Assembly (NCBI RefSeq): GCF_009914755.1
Contig: NC_060939.1
Source of the DNA: the human T2T-CHM13v2.0 reference genome, Homo sapiens
DNA length: 64,000 nt
Direction: 5' to 3' (one strand)
Part shown: piece after piece, positions 18,577-32,093 of the stretch
How the letters are laid out: the number at the start of each line of letters is the position of its first letter
Position numbering within the stretch: the first letter of the stretch is position 1
The notes under the pieces: model-generated
Seen by the model: the letters and a program-made list of their open reading frames with translations, nothing else
Database searches by the model: none
Told to the model about the DNA's origin: nothing
Program-made: the position numbers and the translations under genes

Positions 18577-18965
18577 GTAATCTGCACAGATATGGTAATT
18601 GGAGACAGTGGGTTAATGTTGTTCCGTCCCCCCAAGGAACAGATAGGGACTCAACAGGACCCTTCACCAGAGGATGCTTTAACCCCAAAGAATGACTCAT
18701 ATGGTGAGAACTGCACCTTCCACCCCAGGTGGGCATTTCAGTGTTCATTAAGTTACACTGGATAGGTGAGCCACCCACTGTCTCTGCCTGAGGCTAGGTC
18801 TAAACCTAATATTTATGTAGGTCAGAAAATTTTTTTTGTTCTCTCTCTCATTTCACAGATGAGAACTGCTCTTCTCTTCTGTGTTGCATGTGTCGACGCC
18901 AGAAAAATGTCCATAATTCTCTGTTCTGCATCGCTTGTTACACAACTAGTCAACGCAAAATTTGA
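18577..18965 (+). other. Candidate two-exon segment (18577-18703 + 18859-18965) ending in a CxxC-x11-CxxC peptide
   Basis: Donor G|gtgaga at 18704; strong acceptor tttttttgttctctctctcatttcacag at 18858; spliced frame ...PKNDSY-D-ENCSSLLCCMCRRQKNVHNSLFCIACYTTSQRKI*; no homolog recognised. Confidence 0.25.
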
Positions 18966-19759
18966 TATGTGAAAATTGGTTTTTTAAATTTTTATTTGTA
19001 TTTTTTTTGGCAGGCTTTGGGAAAGGCCTGTTTCCTGGCACTAAAAGTAGCCAGTCTTGGCGTGAACAGCCCTTGACAATTCCCAGCATATGGTAAGAGA
19101 AGACGCTTCTGCCCACCCATCAGGTAGGTGTCATCTTTCTGACTGGAGCAATGATAGATGTCGTGCTTGGAGAGCAATGACTGCCGGGAAAGGTGCCAAG
19201 CAGCCAACTGGCCAACACTAGTGAGCAGGTCAGAATATACCAGGCCTCTGGCCGAGGCAGGCCTGCTTGTACCCAGCCACACAGAGGCCGTACGCTAGAA
19301 AACTGAACACACAGACAGGTCTTGACTGTGGTTGCAGAGTTGAATATTATTATTTGTTTTTGCTAAATTAGCTGTAGAATTTTCAATAAGAATGATAGCT
19401 TCACCAACTAAAAATACATGCAAAGCACATCAGCTTCTGCTTTTAGGCCACAGCCTGTGAGTCAGCCTTATGTATAAAATGGACTCAGCCATCTCAAAGA
19501 GGAGGGATCTAACAATCAAAGTTTCTGCTATTCAGTTTATCAAAGCATTTTGTCTTCAGCACTGACTGTCAATGTCAGTCATTTGATCATTTTCATTCCT
19601 TTGGAAACCACTTTGCTGTTTTATAAAAAAAAAAAAAAAGTATGCTCTATGTAGAAAAGTCTAATGATCCAAAAAGTACAAAAAATAACATGAAAATTAT
19701 CCAAATACCGTTGCCTAGATATAGTCATTGGTAATACTTTTAAAAATAGTCTTAAATAT

Positions 19760-20076
19760 GGCTGTTTACTGTGGCTCATGCCTGTAATCCAAGCATTTTG
19801 GGAGGCCAAGCCTGGAGAATCACTTGAGGCCAGGAGTTTAAGACCAGCCTGGGCAACAAAACGAGACCTCATCTCTACAAAAAAATGTAAAAAAGTAGCC
19901 ATGCACTGTGGTGCATGCTTGTATCCCAGTTACTCTATCTAGGTGCTGAGGCAGGAGGATTGCTTGAGCCCAGGAGTTTGAAGTTTCAGTGAATTGTGAT
20001 TAGGCCACTGCACTCCAGCCATGGTGACAGAGCAAGACCCTGTCTTTGAAACAAACAAACAAACAAACAAACAAAC
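19760..20076 (+). mobile_element. AluJ with (AAAC)n tail
   Basis: Diverged Alu dimer. Confidence 0.9.
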
Positions 20077-21076
20077 AGACATAGCCTTAAAGAAGTACCT
20101 ATATTCCTAAATACAATATGTTACAAATGCAATTACACCATGAATGCCTGCCTATAACCTGCAATTTTTTATTCAATAATACATTATCAATATTATTTTT
20201 TAATGCAGTATCAGAGACCACTGCATGTGCACACTGATGTTTACTTAAGTGATCCTCTAGGGAGAATATTTAGATTGTTTCCAATTTTTAAATACTGTAG
20301 CAATGCTGCTGATTACATCTTTTTGTACTTGTGCAGTTATTACTTTAGGAAAATTTCCTAGAAAGTGACTGTTGAGACAATGGTAGGAACATTCTTCTCT
20401 TTGATATATACTGATAAACTTTCCGAAAAATACTTTATTGATTTACATATTCTTAACATTGCTTTTATAAAGCTTTATATATTTATGAATTAATTTTTAT
20501 TTGCAGTCTAGGAAAAGATAGCAGCTGGTAGTTTTCACATAACTGGAAAAAAAGTGCTTGCTAAGGAGAGGGAGTAAGAGGCCACTTGGAAGATATTGGT
20601 GGGGCCATTGGCAAGAAGCTGACCAAAATCTCTGCTACAATTTTTTGGAAGTAAAAATAGGAAGACTTCATGATCAGCAACCTCAACCACAATGAATGCA
20701 ACTCATAATCAAGCTATTTTGTCTCTCAGCATGCTCTCACTCTCCCTAAGACACAGCTCATATTTTTATCTCTTCTCAGAACTCCCATCCATGCTTCTTC
20801 CTCCTCCTTGACTTCAGTAAATGACTTCTCTTAAAACTCTCCCAAGATGAGATAGAAGCCATCAGAAAGGAATGTCTTCTTTGCAAATGAGTTCACAGCT
20901 ACAAATAGTAGTATGTTTGATATACATTATATGTCTTGTTTTATTTTATTGCATTGATTAGGCCATCTAAAACAATGGTGAATTATAAAAGTCAGGTGCA
21001 TAGATGTTAATGGGAATGGTTTAATAGTCAACCCAAGTATAATGCTTGCTCTAAGTTTCCGGTGGGTACCCTAGCT

Positions 21077-21265
21077 CAGTGGTTCTCACCAGAGGCACTG
21101 TGGTCACCCCCACCCTGGAGACATTTGGCAATGTCTGCAGAGGGTTGCTACTGGCATCTAGTGGGTAGAGGGCAGTGACACTGTTAAACATCCTATAATG
21201 CACAGGAAAGAACCCCACAATTATCTGGCCCATAACATCAATAGTGTCACTGTTGGGAAAGCCTG
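21077..21265 (+). mobile_element. MER20 (hAT-Charlie) DNA transposon fossil
   Basis: cagtggttctca start; acatttggcaatgtctg and ctactggcatctagtgggtagagg core; 8-bp TSD ccctagct/ccttagct. Confidence 0.85.
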
Positions 21266-22250
21266 CCTTAGCTCAGGGTCCAGCCCAGTGTTTACAGAAG
21301 TGGCCTCTGGAGACAGACTGCCTGGATTGCAATCCTGACTCTACTACTTACAAACTGGAGTTCGACCAAATGAGGTTAAAATTTCAATAAAGCCTGAATT
21401 ATGTACACATGGACCATCATTGCTTTGGGAAATCCTTCTGCATGCTGATGACATTATAATTAGAAAATAGCAGGTGTGAAACAAGTGAAAATTAAAAGTG
21501 AAGCTATTTGTTGTCTGTCTTGATACTTAATGGGAAATACTTTTGGAAAGAGTTTGGAATGGGTTTGTTTCTCTGACAAAAAAATCACAAGGAAACAAAT
21601 TGGGTCGTGTATAAATTAGTTAAATTGAACTTGAGTGGAGACCTTCTAGAGCCATCCCTCCTGCACATTTTTCCTCCTCCTGACTTTATTGAAAGCCAGT
21701 GTAGATAATTAATTTTGTGGCTCTACATCCATGTTATGCTACTGTCATCCATTGGCAGCACCCTGCCTGGATAGTGCCCTGAAATAACAGAAATAAGAAA
21801 GTTATTCTCTTGGTGACTAATGTGAGGTGGCTTGGGATAGGAGCATGCAACAGCTTGATGGCTATCTTTCTCCCCCTACACTTAACATAATCCAGGAGGG
21901 TTAGACTGACCCTTCCTAGAAAGGGAGGTAAGAAGAATGTCATCCACATCTTGCATGTTGCTTCATTTTCTCGATTTTTCTCACATTCTTTGATCTGTGT
22001 TCTGGAAGAGTTCTTTTGGTTTTCAGCACACTGACAATTGTTCTTCAGCTATGTCCAGACTGTCCATCCCATCCATTGAACTTCTCAATGATTAGGTTCT
22101 AGTGCTTTATTTTAATCATTGTATTTGTCTTTTTCAAGATCTTTTAATTATATAAAGCTGTATACATCACCTATTCTTGTTTAAAGTATGTGATACAGTC
22201 TCTCATCTCTCTAAAGATATTAAATTCTCTTTTAACCTGTATCCACATAA

Positions 22251-22254
<4 letters not shown>

Positions 22255-22284
<30 letters not shown>
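22255..22284 (+). repeat. (TG)n microsatellite
   Basis: Direct read. Confidence 0.95.
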
Positions 22285-22287
<3 letters not shown>

Positions 22288-24728
22288 ATCCTACACTCTT
22301 AGCTCTGATCATCTTCTTCATTGGTTATTTCAATACCCTCCTATTCTGAACCTCTACTTTCTTTCTTGCCAACCTCCAATTGTCAAAGAATGGCCCAAGA
22401 TGGTTTCTTAAATGTTAACCAGATGATGTCATCAAACTAATTTAAATATTTCAGTGGGTTCTTGCTGAACATGGGACAAAACCCTTGCTCTTCACTTGAT
22501 GATGGCCCCAACACAGCATTTGCCCCACATCAGAGAGTGAATTTTCCTCAGCTTTTCAGATGCAACAAGCTCTTTTGCCCCTCAAAGACTTGATTCTCTT
22601 TGCCTCCTCCTTCATTCTTGGCCCCACTACCTCCTATTTCCACTTCATGTCTAAGGCTTAAATGGTCCTTCTTCTGAGGAAACTTCCTTAAATCATTCCC
22701 TTATTATGATTTCAGTAGCACCTTCTGGTTTTCCTTCTTACAATTTATGAAACATGGAAAGAAAATTGACATGTATTTGACAACTATGTTTAATATCTAT
22801 CTTGTTCTTGCAGGTAGCTCTATTAGGGAACGACCATGCCAGCCAGGTGCAGTACTTTATCTTGAGCGCATAGCTCAGGCTGGCCTCACCAATACCATGA
22901 GGAATTCTGTGATAAATGTATGAATAAAAAAATGGTCATATTGGCTGTTCCACTCCAAAGTCTAGTTGCAGGGTTCATTCAGTCTCCTGGAAACACATTC
23001 TTGACTCCTTTACCCTCCAGGTGTCCCAACATGGCATTATTATGTTGTGTGGAGTATGTTTGCTTGCATTTTGCTATCAAATCAGGCAAAATCAGGAAGA
23101 GTTCACTGTTGCTCTTTGTCATCTTTAGGTGAGGGATTGTTTCAGGAAACCCCATTGTGACCGCAGGAGACACTCCAGCTTTTGTGTGCAGGAGACAGGA
23201 CATATGGGCAACTGGAAAACAACATGTCCTCAAGTCCAGCACTTACTGCTGCCTTGGGGGACTCTAGTTCACAAGAAAAAGAAGTCTGTTTTCTAAGGCC
23301 CCTTCCGAGCTCAGCCTTTCTGCAGATCTCATCAGCAGAGGCAGCAATTAGGGCTCATTAGAAAGGTGTTTTGGGTTTTTAATTTATTTTGTTTTCCTGA
23401 TGTGGATACCAGGCCTGGAAAGAGTGAACTGAAAACTAATGTGTTTTAGGAAAAGGACACATTGTGGGGAGACAGCAGCTTTCCAGACACCGCAGAGAAA
23501 GGCTACCATGGGCCTTAATGAGGACTGTACCACACAGAACTTCTCCACAAGGGAAGGGGAGGAGAGTGGTGGGGTGCCTTTTTACCCGGGGGTCCTGGTG
23601 CACTCTGGCTATGTAGATCATCCTGCCACAGATCATTGACACTTCATAGGGATTCCAAGTTCCACCACAGCCCGCGGTAGGAAACAGTTGACGATGCATT
23701 ATGAAGCTGGAATGGTTACAAGTTGCTAAACTACTTATCCTTTTTGGGCACTGGAGGATAAGGTGGTCTGAGTGGTTTTCTGAATGTGATCCCATCTGCC
23801 TTATGGATCAAGAGGGAAAGTAGGTGAGAAGCACTGTGCTGGAACAGTGTGGAATTGTACTTTCTGTAATGCATATCTGCTCCCTACTTCTTCCATCTAC
23901 AATCTTTTACAGAATAAGTCCTACTTTTTCTTGTATCGTTTGTGTTTTGTATGAAATAGCACTATATGGATAAAGATTAAAAACCAGAGGCCTCCAAAGA
24001 GCAGGGGTGTTAAGTCAGAAGATGCTGGTTCCTGTCTAAGCTATCCAATTCCTAGCTGGGTGATATCGGGCTGATAATGAACCACCCTAAGCCTCAATTT
24101 CCTTAACAGTGGATGGAGCAGAGGTAGTAAGACCTGCCCTACTTATACCACATGTCTATTGTGCATACCAGCAGGGTACTTTATATGAAATACCTGGTAC
24201 TGTAAATCTAAAGGATTCTATGGGCACAAAGATTTCTACAAGGGTTTTCAGTTACTCCACCACTGGCAACTTTCTTTACAAAAATAGCTGAATGAAGCCA
24301 GCATTACTCTGATACCAAAACAGTGTAAAAAAGAAAAATGAAGACTAATACCTATCATGAACTTAGATACAAAAATTCTTAACAAAATGTTAGCAAATAT
24401 ATATACCCCTACTACTGAGTTACACTGACCCGTTAATAACCAGTAACTCATTATGACTGCCAGTGGCAGATAAGGGAGCTCAATGTACACAGAAGAGAGG
24501 CCTGGAGGTGTAGCTGAGGTGGAGGTGGAGAAGAGAGAGCTAGATACTAGGCATGGGAAATTGCCCCAGAAAAGAGAATCTAGTTACGGAACATGAACCA
24601 CCCATGTGCAATTTTGCCTCTGATTAGACCCTAATATTAATCATTTAATCACTCAATTTGGAATTATTATCTACATCTAAATTATGGTATTCCTCTATTC
24701 GTTTATACTCATGCATCAGCAAGTTTTA

Positions 24729-25019
24729 TTTGTTTTTGAGATAGGGTCTCACTCTGTCACCCAGGCTGGAATGCAATGGTGTCATCTCAACTCACTGCAA
24801 CCTCTGCCTCTCAGGCAGAAGCAATCCTCCCACCACAGACCCCATGAATAGGTGGGACTACAGGTGTGCACCACCACACCAGCTAATTTTTGTAATTTTT
24901 GTAGAGATGGAGTTTCCCCATGTTGCCCAGGCTGGTCTCCAATTCCTGGGCTCAAGCAATCTGCCCCTCTCAGCCTTCCAAAGTGCTAGAATTACAGGCA
25001 TGAGCCATTGCACTCAGCC
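24729..25019 (-). mobile_element. AluJ
   Basis: Diverged Alu; TSD cagcaagtttta (24717-24728 / 25022-25033). Confidence 0.9.
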
Positions 25020-25318
25020 ACCAGCAAGTTTTACTAAATATAGTTGATACTTGCAGTATTGGGACCTAGTAAATACTGTAGTATGTAAACCAACCTTCTG
25101 CTTTCAAGGAGTTTATCTACTAGGGAAGAAAGAGACATTAGAAAAGTATGTGTAATACAGAGTAGTGAGAGAGAGTGAGAGAAAACTACTTACATTGCAA
25201 ATTTCAGAGAAAGAGCTTCCAAGCTCTGGCTTGGAGATTGGGTCTGATTTGGGTAAACGGAGATGGATGGGCAAGGATGCTCCAGGTGCAGAAAATAGCA
25301 TGTCTTGAGTTTGATCTA

Positions 25319-25624
<306 letters not shown>

Positions 25625-25628
25625 TTAC

Positions 25629-25879
25629 AGATGGGGCCTTCAATAGGGCACTTAACTTTCTGCTCAACAAATCTCAACTGATCTGAAAAATCCTTTCTTT
25701 CTGCTTCTTCCTCATCTTCTTCTCCGGGAGAAGCCCAGACTGAATCCAAAGTGCAGCTGGTTTGGCCTAGGCGCCAAAGAGCAAGATTGTCACCCGCTTC
25801 CCTCTTTTCACTAGTGAGGGGGAACTTAAGTCCAGGTGTTTTCACTTCAGAGACTCCAATGGCTACATTACACTCAGCA
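25629..25879 (-). pseudogene. Candidate exon of a decayed minus-strand gene
   Basis: Acceptor ttaccttccaag; donor T|gtaagc; open frame AECNVAIGVSEVKTPG...PGEEDEEEAERKDFSDQLRFVEQKVKCPIEGPI in unique sequence. Confidence 0.35.
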
Positions 25880-26395
25880 CTTGGAAGGTAACAAATTTGC
25901 AATGTCACAATTGATAATCAACTCTAGTAAAAGAATGTCCAAATCAATTGAGCTTTAGCAAGGGCAAACCAGCTGGACGCAGGCAGGTTTCCAGCTAGAG
26001 CTGGCCAGGCTTGATACATTTGCCCTTATTATGGCTATTGATGTTTAAATTTCTTCAGGGATGTTGTTACATGGGTGCCTGGTGGTGACAGAGGTACGGT
26101 GACCTCCTTCGATCCTTAATCTACACCTGTTAGTTGGCTCCTTGGTTGCCTCTGAGTATACCCAGGCTTAAAGGTTAACAAAAGAAAAACAGGCCAAGTT
26201 TACGCGACGACAGCAGCGGATCAATGCAAGTAAATAACCTTCTCCGTCTTATTTCCCCAAGCATTATTGATCCAAGTTCTTTGTTCTTTGTCATGTTTCT
26301 GTCTTCTTTTCCCAGGGGACACTCAACAATCAGCTTCTATTGAACATGTTAACTGGCACATTATGACAGCTACCATTTTGTCACTCAGCGTGGTA

Positions 26396-26399
<4 letters not shown>

Positions 26400-26436
<37 letters not shown>

Positions 26437-26440
26437 CACA
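26400..26440 (+). repeat. (CA)n microsatellite
   Basis: Direct read. Confidence 0.95.
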
Positions 26441-27715
26441 ATTTTAGTAGGCTGTCTTCTAAGCTGTATACTAGGAAGTGAATCTCAGATATAAACTTGC
26501 TTTGCTCCGATTTATTTTTTTTCTTCTGTAGCAAGCAGGAGGATTCCATGACCTGTTATTCCATTAACAAGTTTATTTATTTGTTTTAAATATCTATCAA
26601 AAGGGACAGTGATCTCACGGTTTAAAGAAATCACTTAGCAGCTGCAGCTTGGGGCATATTTCTGGTGAGTTGTGCATGCTGATATCTGATCTGACCCCCG
26701 ACTTATTTTTCTTTGGAAATTGGATCCTTTTCTTTCATTTCCCTGGAACTTTTAAAGGCTATTGTCATCTTCCCTTAGTTTTCTCTGTGAAACACTAAGG
26801 GATGTTACAGTGATTGCTCTAGCCATCTTGAACTCCATCTTTTTCCTAGACAGGTTCTGCTGGTGCCTTAGCAAGCTCCAAGTGAAGACTGCTAATTTGA
26901 ACATGTCTAGCTATTGTACCAAATTCATTGGATTCCACCCATATGTATATGTTGTATGTATATCAATTGCAAAATAGAATTTTCTACATAAGTCTAAAAT
27001 TTAAAAATGTTCTACAGGGGCAGGAAAGCTCTTTTTGCTGAAACTCATTATACTTTAAGGCACATATGTCTAGTTGAAAAGAAAAAAATAACTTCCTCTT
27101 TGAGTTACAAAATAAAGCTGAGTGAATGATAAAATTATGACAGTGAGTGTTGTACCCCTTTCTGTGGATCTCATCAATTGGGACAGATCGTTTATTTCTG
27201 AAAAAATACTTGAGAGAATTTAGGGATAATGTAAAATGTTTTCATGCTCATCATCCTGGGAGGCAAGACTGCTACTTTTAAACTAAAAACTAATTTGAAT
27301 GAAAAAAAAAAAAAAAAAAAGAACCCAGAGTCTGCAATTGTTGTCCTTGAATTGAACATGTACTATGTCAAACAAAATAAAGCCAATACTAATTACTTTG
27401 CAAAAGAATAGTCTATTAACAACTAGACAGTGCCAGTATTTTCCTTGTAGACATTTGAAAAAGTTAAGCCAATATTGATGGTCTAATGTGAAACAGTGAT
27501 TATCCATCGTCTTTGGGGTCAAATAGCAAAGAATCCTGTTCCTTAAATTATTCGACCAAACAAACTTCACTTGCTCAGAGATGTATGTAAATTGTGTGCT
27601 TCTCTCTTTCATTTGTCAATCATTAAAATGCCCATGTATATAATTAATACCGTTGCAAACTCCCTTGTCTCCCAGTTTTCAATTTTGTATTCTGTTTAAT
27701 CCACTGAAGAGTCAC

Positions 27716-30392
27716 CTTTTAAGTGATGTGTTGATGAAGTATGAAAGCTTATTTCTATCATTTCTCTACATGCAGAAATCACTGCAGGCATTGCTGAGGA
27801 ATGTGAAATTGGTTATCATTAGTGTTTAGAGCTTTTCATCTTTGATGTGCTTTGCAAACACTAATTAATGAATCCTCATGTAACACCCACACCAAATGAA
27901 GTTGCTAACAGTTCTATTCAACAAATAATAACCCTAGGCCTTTGGCAACTTATTTGAGCTACCTAACTCTTTTTGTGAGTACACAGAGCAGGTAATAGCC
28001 CCAGGATTATATGCTTCTGGTTGTATGTGTGATATGCTAGGGTGTTCTCTGAAAAGGCAAATTTTTTCTCAGATACTTGTACCTTAGAGCACACCCTCTT
28101 GTCTTTCTTGTTTTTAAGTTATGTCATGTCTCTGTTTCATACAATCATGGCATTGAAATGCTGTTAGAAACATTTTATTTGCGTATGTTATTCAGGAGAT
28201 TATACCATATGTTGTAAGCTTAATTTTGGAATTAGCCTTTATTTTTATTTTGAAATTTTTCCAGCCACTGGCTCTCTCATGAAGGTCAGTGCAGTTTTAA
28301 GCAAACATGGTCAAACTTTGGACAGAAATAAAAATGAAGTCAACTGAAAGCATTTCAACCTTTGGATTCCTGCCAAATAACCTCTTCTTTTCTATCCCCC
28401 AAGCTGTCGTTGGAAGTTAAAGAAGACTAAAAAACTATTTTCAAAGCTTTAAAAGTATTTGGTTTTATAGGAAGAGTCTGTTTGGGAATTGTTTATCCCC
28501 CAAATGAGAATTTTGTCAGTTTATACCATACTTTTAAAGAGCCAGGAATTTTCCAGAAATGGTATTCAAAGACACCTTTAGGGTAGAGAATGAAAATACA
28601 ATCATGACCACTTTTACGATTGCTATAACTTTTCTATTTATTTGTTTTCTATCCTTTTCCAGATATACCTTTCTTATAGAAGTTTTCAATGTTAAAAATA
28701 AAGTCTGTAAAGTGTTTAGGTATTCCCTGAGCTTACCCCAGTCATGAAACAGACCCACAGTAGCTTTGCTTAGGGACCATGCCAATGTTAAAAATTAGGG
28801 AAACTGATTCAAGGCAGCCTCATGTATCCAGGGAAATTGGAATAATTTTAATACACAAAAATTAATTTCCCCAAGATATGTCAGTAGATTTTAATTGTAT
28901 TTACATATACTGCCATAGAATATGCATGCTAAATACACCTTTCCAACATATCCATCACAGGTAGACGCCTCTGCTTTCTCTTGATCAGTTTTCCCATGGG
29001 AGGGCAGACTGAAGAATCCCACAGAAACAAGATGTTCTGCTGTAGGCAAGTAGAGCACGTACAACAGTTACAACTGTGCTCCCCTGGAAAGATAATCCAC
29101 AAATACCGGACACTGTTTATTAGAGCCACATACGCTTGGAACCATAATGTATCTGCATATGATACATATTAGATGATCATTATCATGAACATTCTCACCG
29201 AGCATGACCTTATTATCAATGTATATCTTTTAGTGCCATTTTTTCTGTGTTAAAGCCCACTATGAGCCTGCTTATTTGTTAATGTCAAGCAATACGTCCA
29301 AAATGATTGTGAACTTCTTGAGAACGAGGCTGTGTCTTGATCAGTTTTGTATTTCCAGTACCTTGCCTCTTGTCTGCACAGGGATGGTATTTAGTAAAAG
29401 TGTGTTGAATGAAGACTAATACTCAAGCCACCAGTATTTAATTGTTATAATGCTTTAGCACTTGTTGACAGTTATTGCAAATGGTATCTGGAACATTAGA
29501 AACATGAGACCAGATTCGAAAGGATCTTGAATCACGTTCATGAGAGCTTGGGGTAGCTCCAAGCTCCAAGCATGGGCCATAATTTTCAAGGCCACATGAA
29601 CCATAATTTTCAAGGCCACAGACAAAATTTGCCTTACTCCCTGGGAGAGATTTCATACTGGGCATGCCCAGGACAGAAACCTAAACTTTCATTTCCATTT
29701 CATGTTGAAGTAAACCTCCTAGACGGTTTGAGTGTGGACCCCACTTCTGAGGTCTGTGGCACACAAACACATTTCCCCTGATGTTTAAAGGAAACAGCCG
29801 AAGAAGAGGAAACAATTGTTCCTTCAGGTGTGCACCCAAGTTGGTTCTGAACCAATATCAAGGAATGATTGACCCACACGAGGTTGTGGAAAGGCCGTGT
29901 GGTATAGCGTAGCGGTTTTTAAACCTCACTGTATGCACAAATCACCCACTTGTTAAAATATAGATTCTAAGTCAGTAAATATAGGTCTGGGCTTGAGACG
30001 ATGCCAGCCAAACAGCCACACACCTGGAGCCTTCTACCACATTAAGACTTCGATGAAAGGCAAGGTCAGGATTCTGGCATCCTTTAAGTCACAGAAGGGA
30101 AGAGATGATGCCAATCAGAAATGTGTTTGGGGGTTAAACCCCTCATGGGGTAAACTTTGACCCATGACAAAAATAAAATTTTCTTCTTTGCTATCTTCCA
30201 AAAAAGACTCTGAGGTTTTACTTTGCACAATTTCCAGGGGAGTCCCTGATGTTTTCGTAGACAAGCCTGCTGAGAAAGCTGCTGTATCTCACGGTGGTAC
30301 TTCACACGGCAGCAGCTGGAGTCATATGCATCACTTTGAATTGTTTCACATCTTCCCTTGCCTCAAGTTTCCTTTTCTTCCTCTTGACTGAC
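27716..30392 (-). pseudogene. Four candidate exons (30392-30222, 29083-28939, 28426-28360, 27793-27716)
   Basis: AG/GT boundaries; phases chain 2-2, 2-0, 0-1, 1-1 giving ...RYSSFLSRLVYENIRDSPGNCAKGAQL*LLYVLYLPTAEHLVSVGFF...GYVGKSSLTSNDSLG...AMPAVISACREMIEIS... with 2 stops in 461 nt; frames chosen by eye. Confidence 0.35.
29577..29620 (+). repeat. Tandem duplication (ccataattttcaaggccaca x2, period 24)
   Basis: Direct read. Confidence 0.9.
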
Positions 30393-30569
30393 CTGAGCAT
30401 GCATTGGGTCAACAAATCTGCGTTAGGTCCTACTTTTACATGGTATTATTATAGAAGTCTTGCCAACTTTAATATTTCTCATTCAACTTGGGGGCAAACT
30501 AGGTCATGTTTTTTTGGGAGGTGATTTGTAGTGGACCTCAGTATTGCCAAACTAATGTTTTTGGTCAAT

Positions 30570-30765
30570 CTCTCTCTCTCTCTCTCTCTCCCTCTCTCCC
30601 TCTCTCCCTCTCTCCCTCTCTCCCTCTCTCCCTCTCTCCCTCCCTCCCTCCCTCTCTCCCTCTCTCCCTCTCTCCCTCCCTCCCTCTCTCCCTCCCTCTC
30701 TCCCTCCCTCTCTCCCTCCCTCTCTCCCTCCCTCTCTCCCTCCCTCTCTCCCTCCCTCTCTCCCT

Positions 30766-30802
<37 letters not shown>

Positions 30803-31052
30803 TTCTTTCTTTCTTGACAGTCTCGCTCTCTTGCCAGGCTGAAGTGCAGTGGGGCCCTCTCAGCTCACTGCAACCTCCTGAGTAGCTGGGACTACAGGCG
30901 TGAGCCACCACACCCAGCTAAGTTTTGCATTTTTAGTAGAGACGGGGTTTTACCATGTTGGCCAGGATGGTCTCGATCTCCTGACCTCGTGATCTGCCCG
31001 CCTCAGCCTCCCAAAGTGCTGGGATTGCAGGCATGAGCCACCGCGCCCAGCC
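30570..31052 (-). mobile_element. AluS with internal deletion; its tail has become a ~245 bp (CT/CCCT)n tract (30570-30815)
   Basis: Alu body 30816-31052; TSD ggtcaat (30563-30569 / 31053-31059) encloses the microsatellite. Confidence 0.88.
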
Positions 31053-31129
31053 GGTCAATTTCATGTTTGTCCTCTTGGACAATAAATTTATTAAATTATG
31101 TCAGTAACCAATTTCATCATCATTAAAAT

Positions 31130-31323
31130 CAAAATAGTATGTTGGCCCTATTGACTACCTTGTTGTGGGGGAATGCCACAGACATTGTAGGGTGTTTGAC
31201 AGCATCCCTGTAATCTATTGACTAGATTCCAGTAGCACCCCCAGTTGTGACAAATAAAAATGCCTCTAGAGCTTGTCAAATATTCTCTGATGGGCAAAAA
31301 CAAGTCCTGGTTGTGAACCACTG
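31130..31323 (-). mobile_element. MER20 fossil
   Basis: Antisense MER20 core, ends ggttgtgaaccactg. Confidence 0.75.
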
Positions 31324-31850
31324 CCATTAACATTTCGGTAGCTTGAACTTTACAAGGTTAAGCCATGATTTCAAGATATTGAAATGATCGTCCATATTTA
31401 CATTTCCCGTGAGATACTGTCTACATGAATGTGGGTGTTTCAACAAGTTTGATAACATACTTTTCCCCAATAAATTAAATGCAATTAATATGAAAAAGCA
31501 TGGAAGGGTGCCATTATTAATTAGTGAAGATATGAACTTTAAGAGTTAGATAGATGAGGCAGAAAGGTGGATGGATGATCAGATAGACAGACAGACAAAT
31601 AGAAAACACATTACATTAAGAGTATTTCCAAATATAAGTCATGCTAAATATACTTTCTCTTTAAGAGCAGGTTATATCTGTTCATTGCATAGTCACTACA
31701 TTTGTGTACACACAAATAACACTAAATTTTTGAAAATTGTGTGTTCTATTCATTCTTTACATTGTACTCTGATATCGTGTTGGGCTTATTTATCTTTTTT
31801 TTTTTTTCCTATTGGGAACTTTTCTTTCAAGGTAATGAAGAACAGTGTAC

Positions 31851-32093
31851 CTTGTTCAAATTGTCATGAAATTCAAATGAAGAAGTTTAAATTAATGAGG
31901 GTTTTACTATGCTTGAACATATGCTGAGGACTGATATCAGATAATCTCCAGATTCTGAACCAATAGCAATTATGCTTGTATCTTCAGTGGTGTCAACCTG
32001 AATTAAAAATTGGCCAGCTTTATTAAGAATACCTCTAACAGACTTCTTAATTAATTTAGAGATACTATCAAATAATGTAGTCGAGTGCAATTC
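31851..32093 (-). pseudogene. Candidate 243-bp symmetric (phase 0-0) exon with one in-frame TAA
   Basis: Acceptor ttatgttatcattttag; donor AAG|gtacac; ELHSTTLFDSISKLIKKSVRGILNKAGQFLIQVDTTEDTSIIAIGSESGDYLISVLSICSSIVKPSLI*TSSFEFHDNLNK. Confidence 0.45.

Noticed and set aside
18569-18778. WGDGT resemblance to a PKD-domain signature
   Set aside because: Five-residue match only; the remaining domain pattern is absent
30506-30911. SLP/ERG-repeat ORFs of 103-119 aa
   Set aside because: Translations of a CT microsatellite plus Alu
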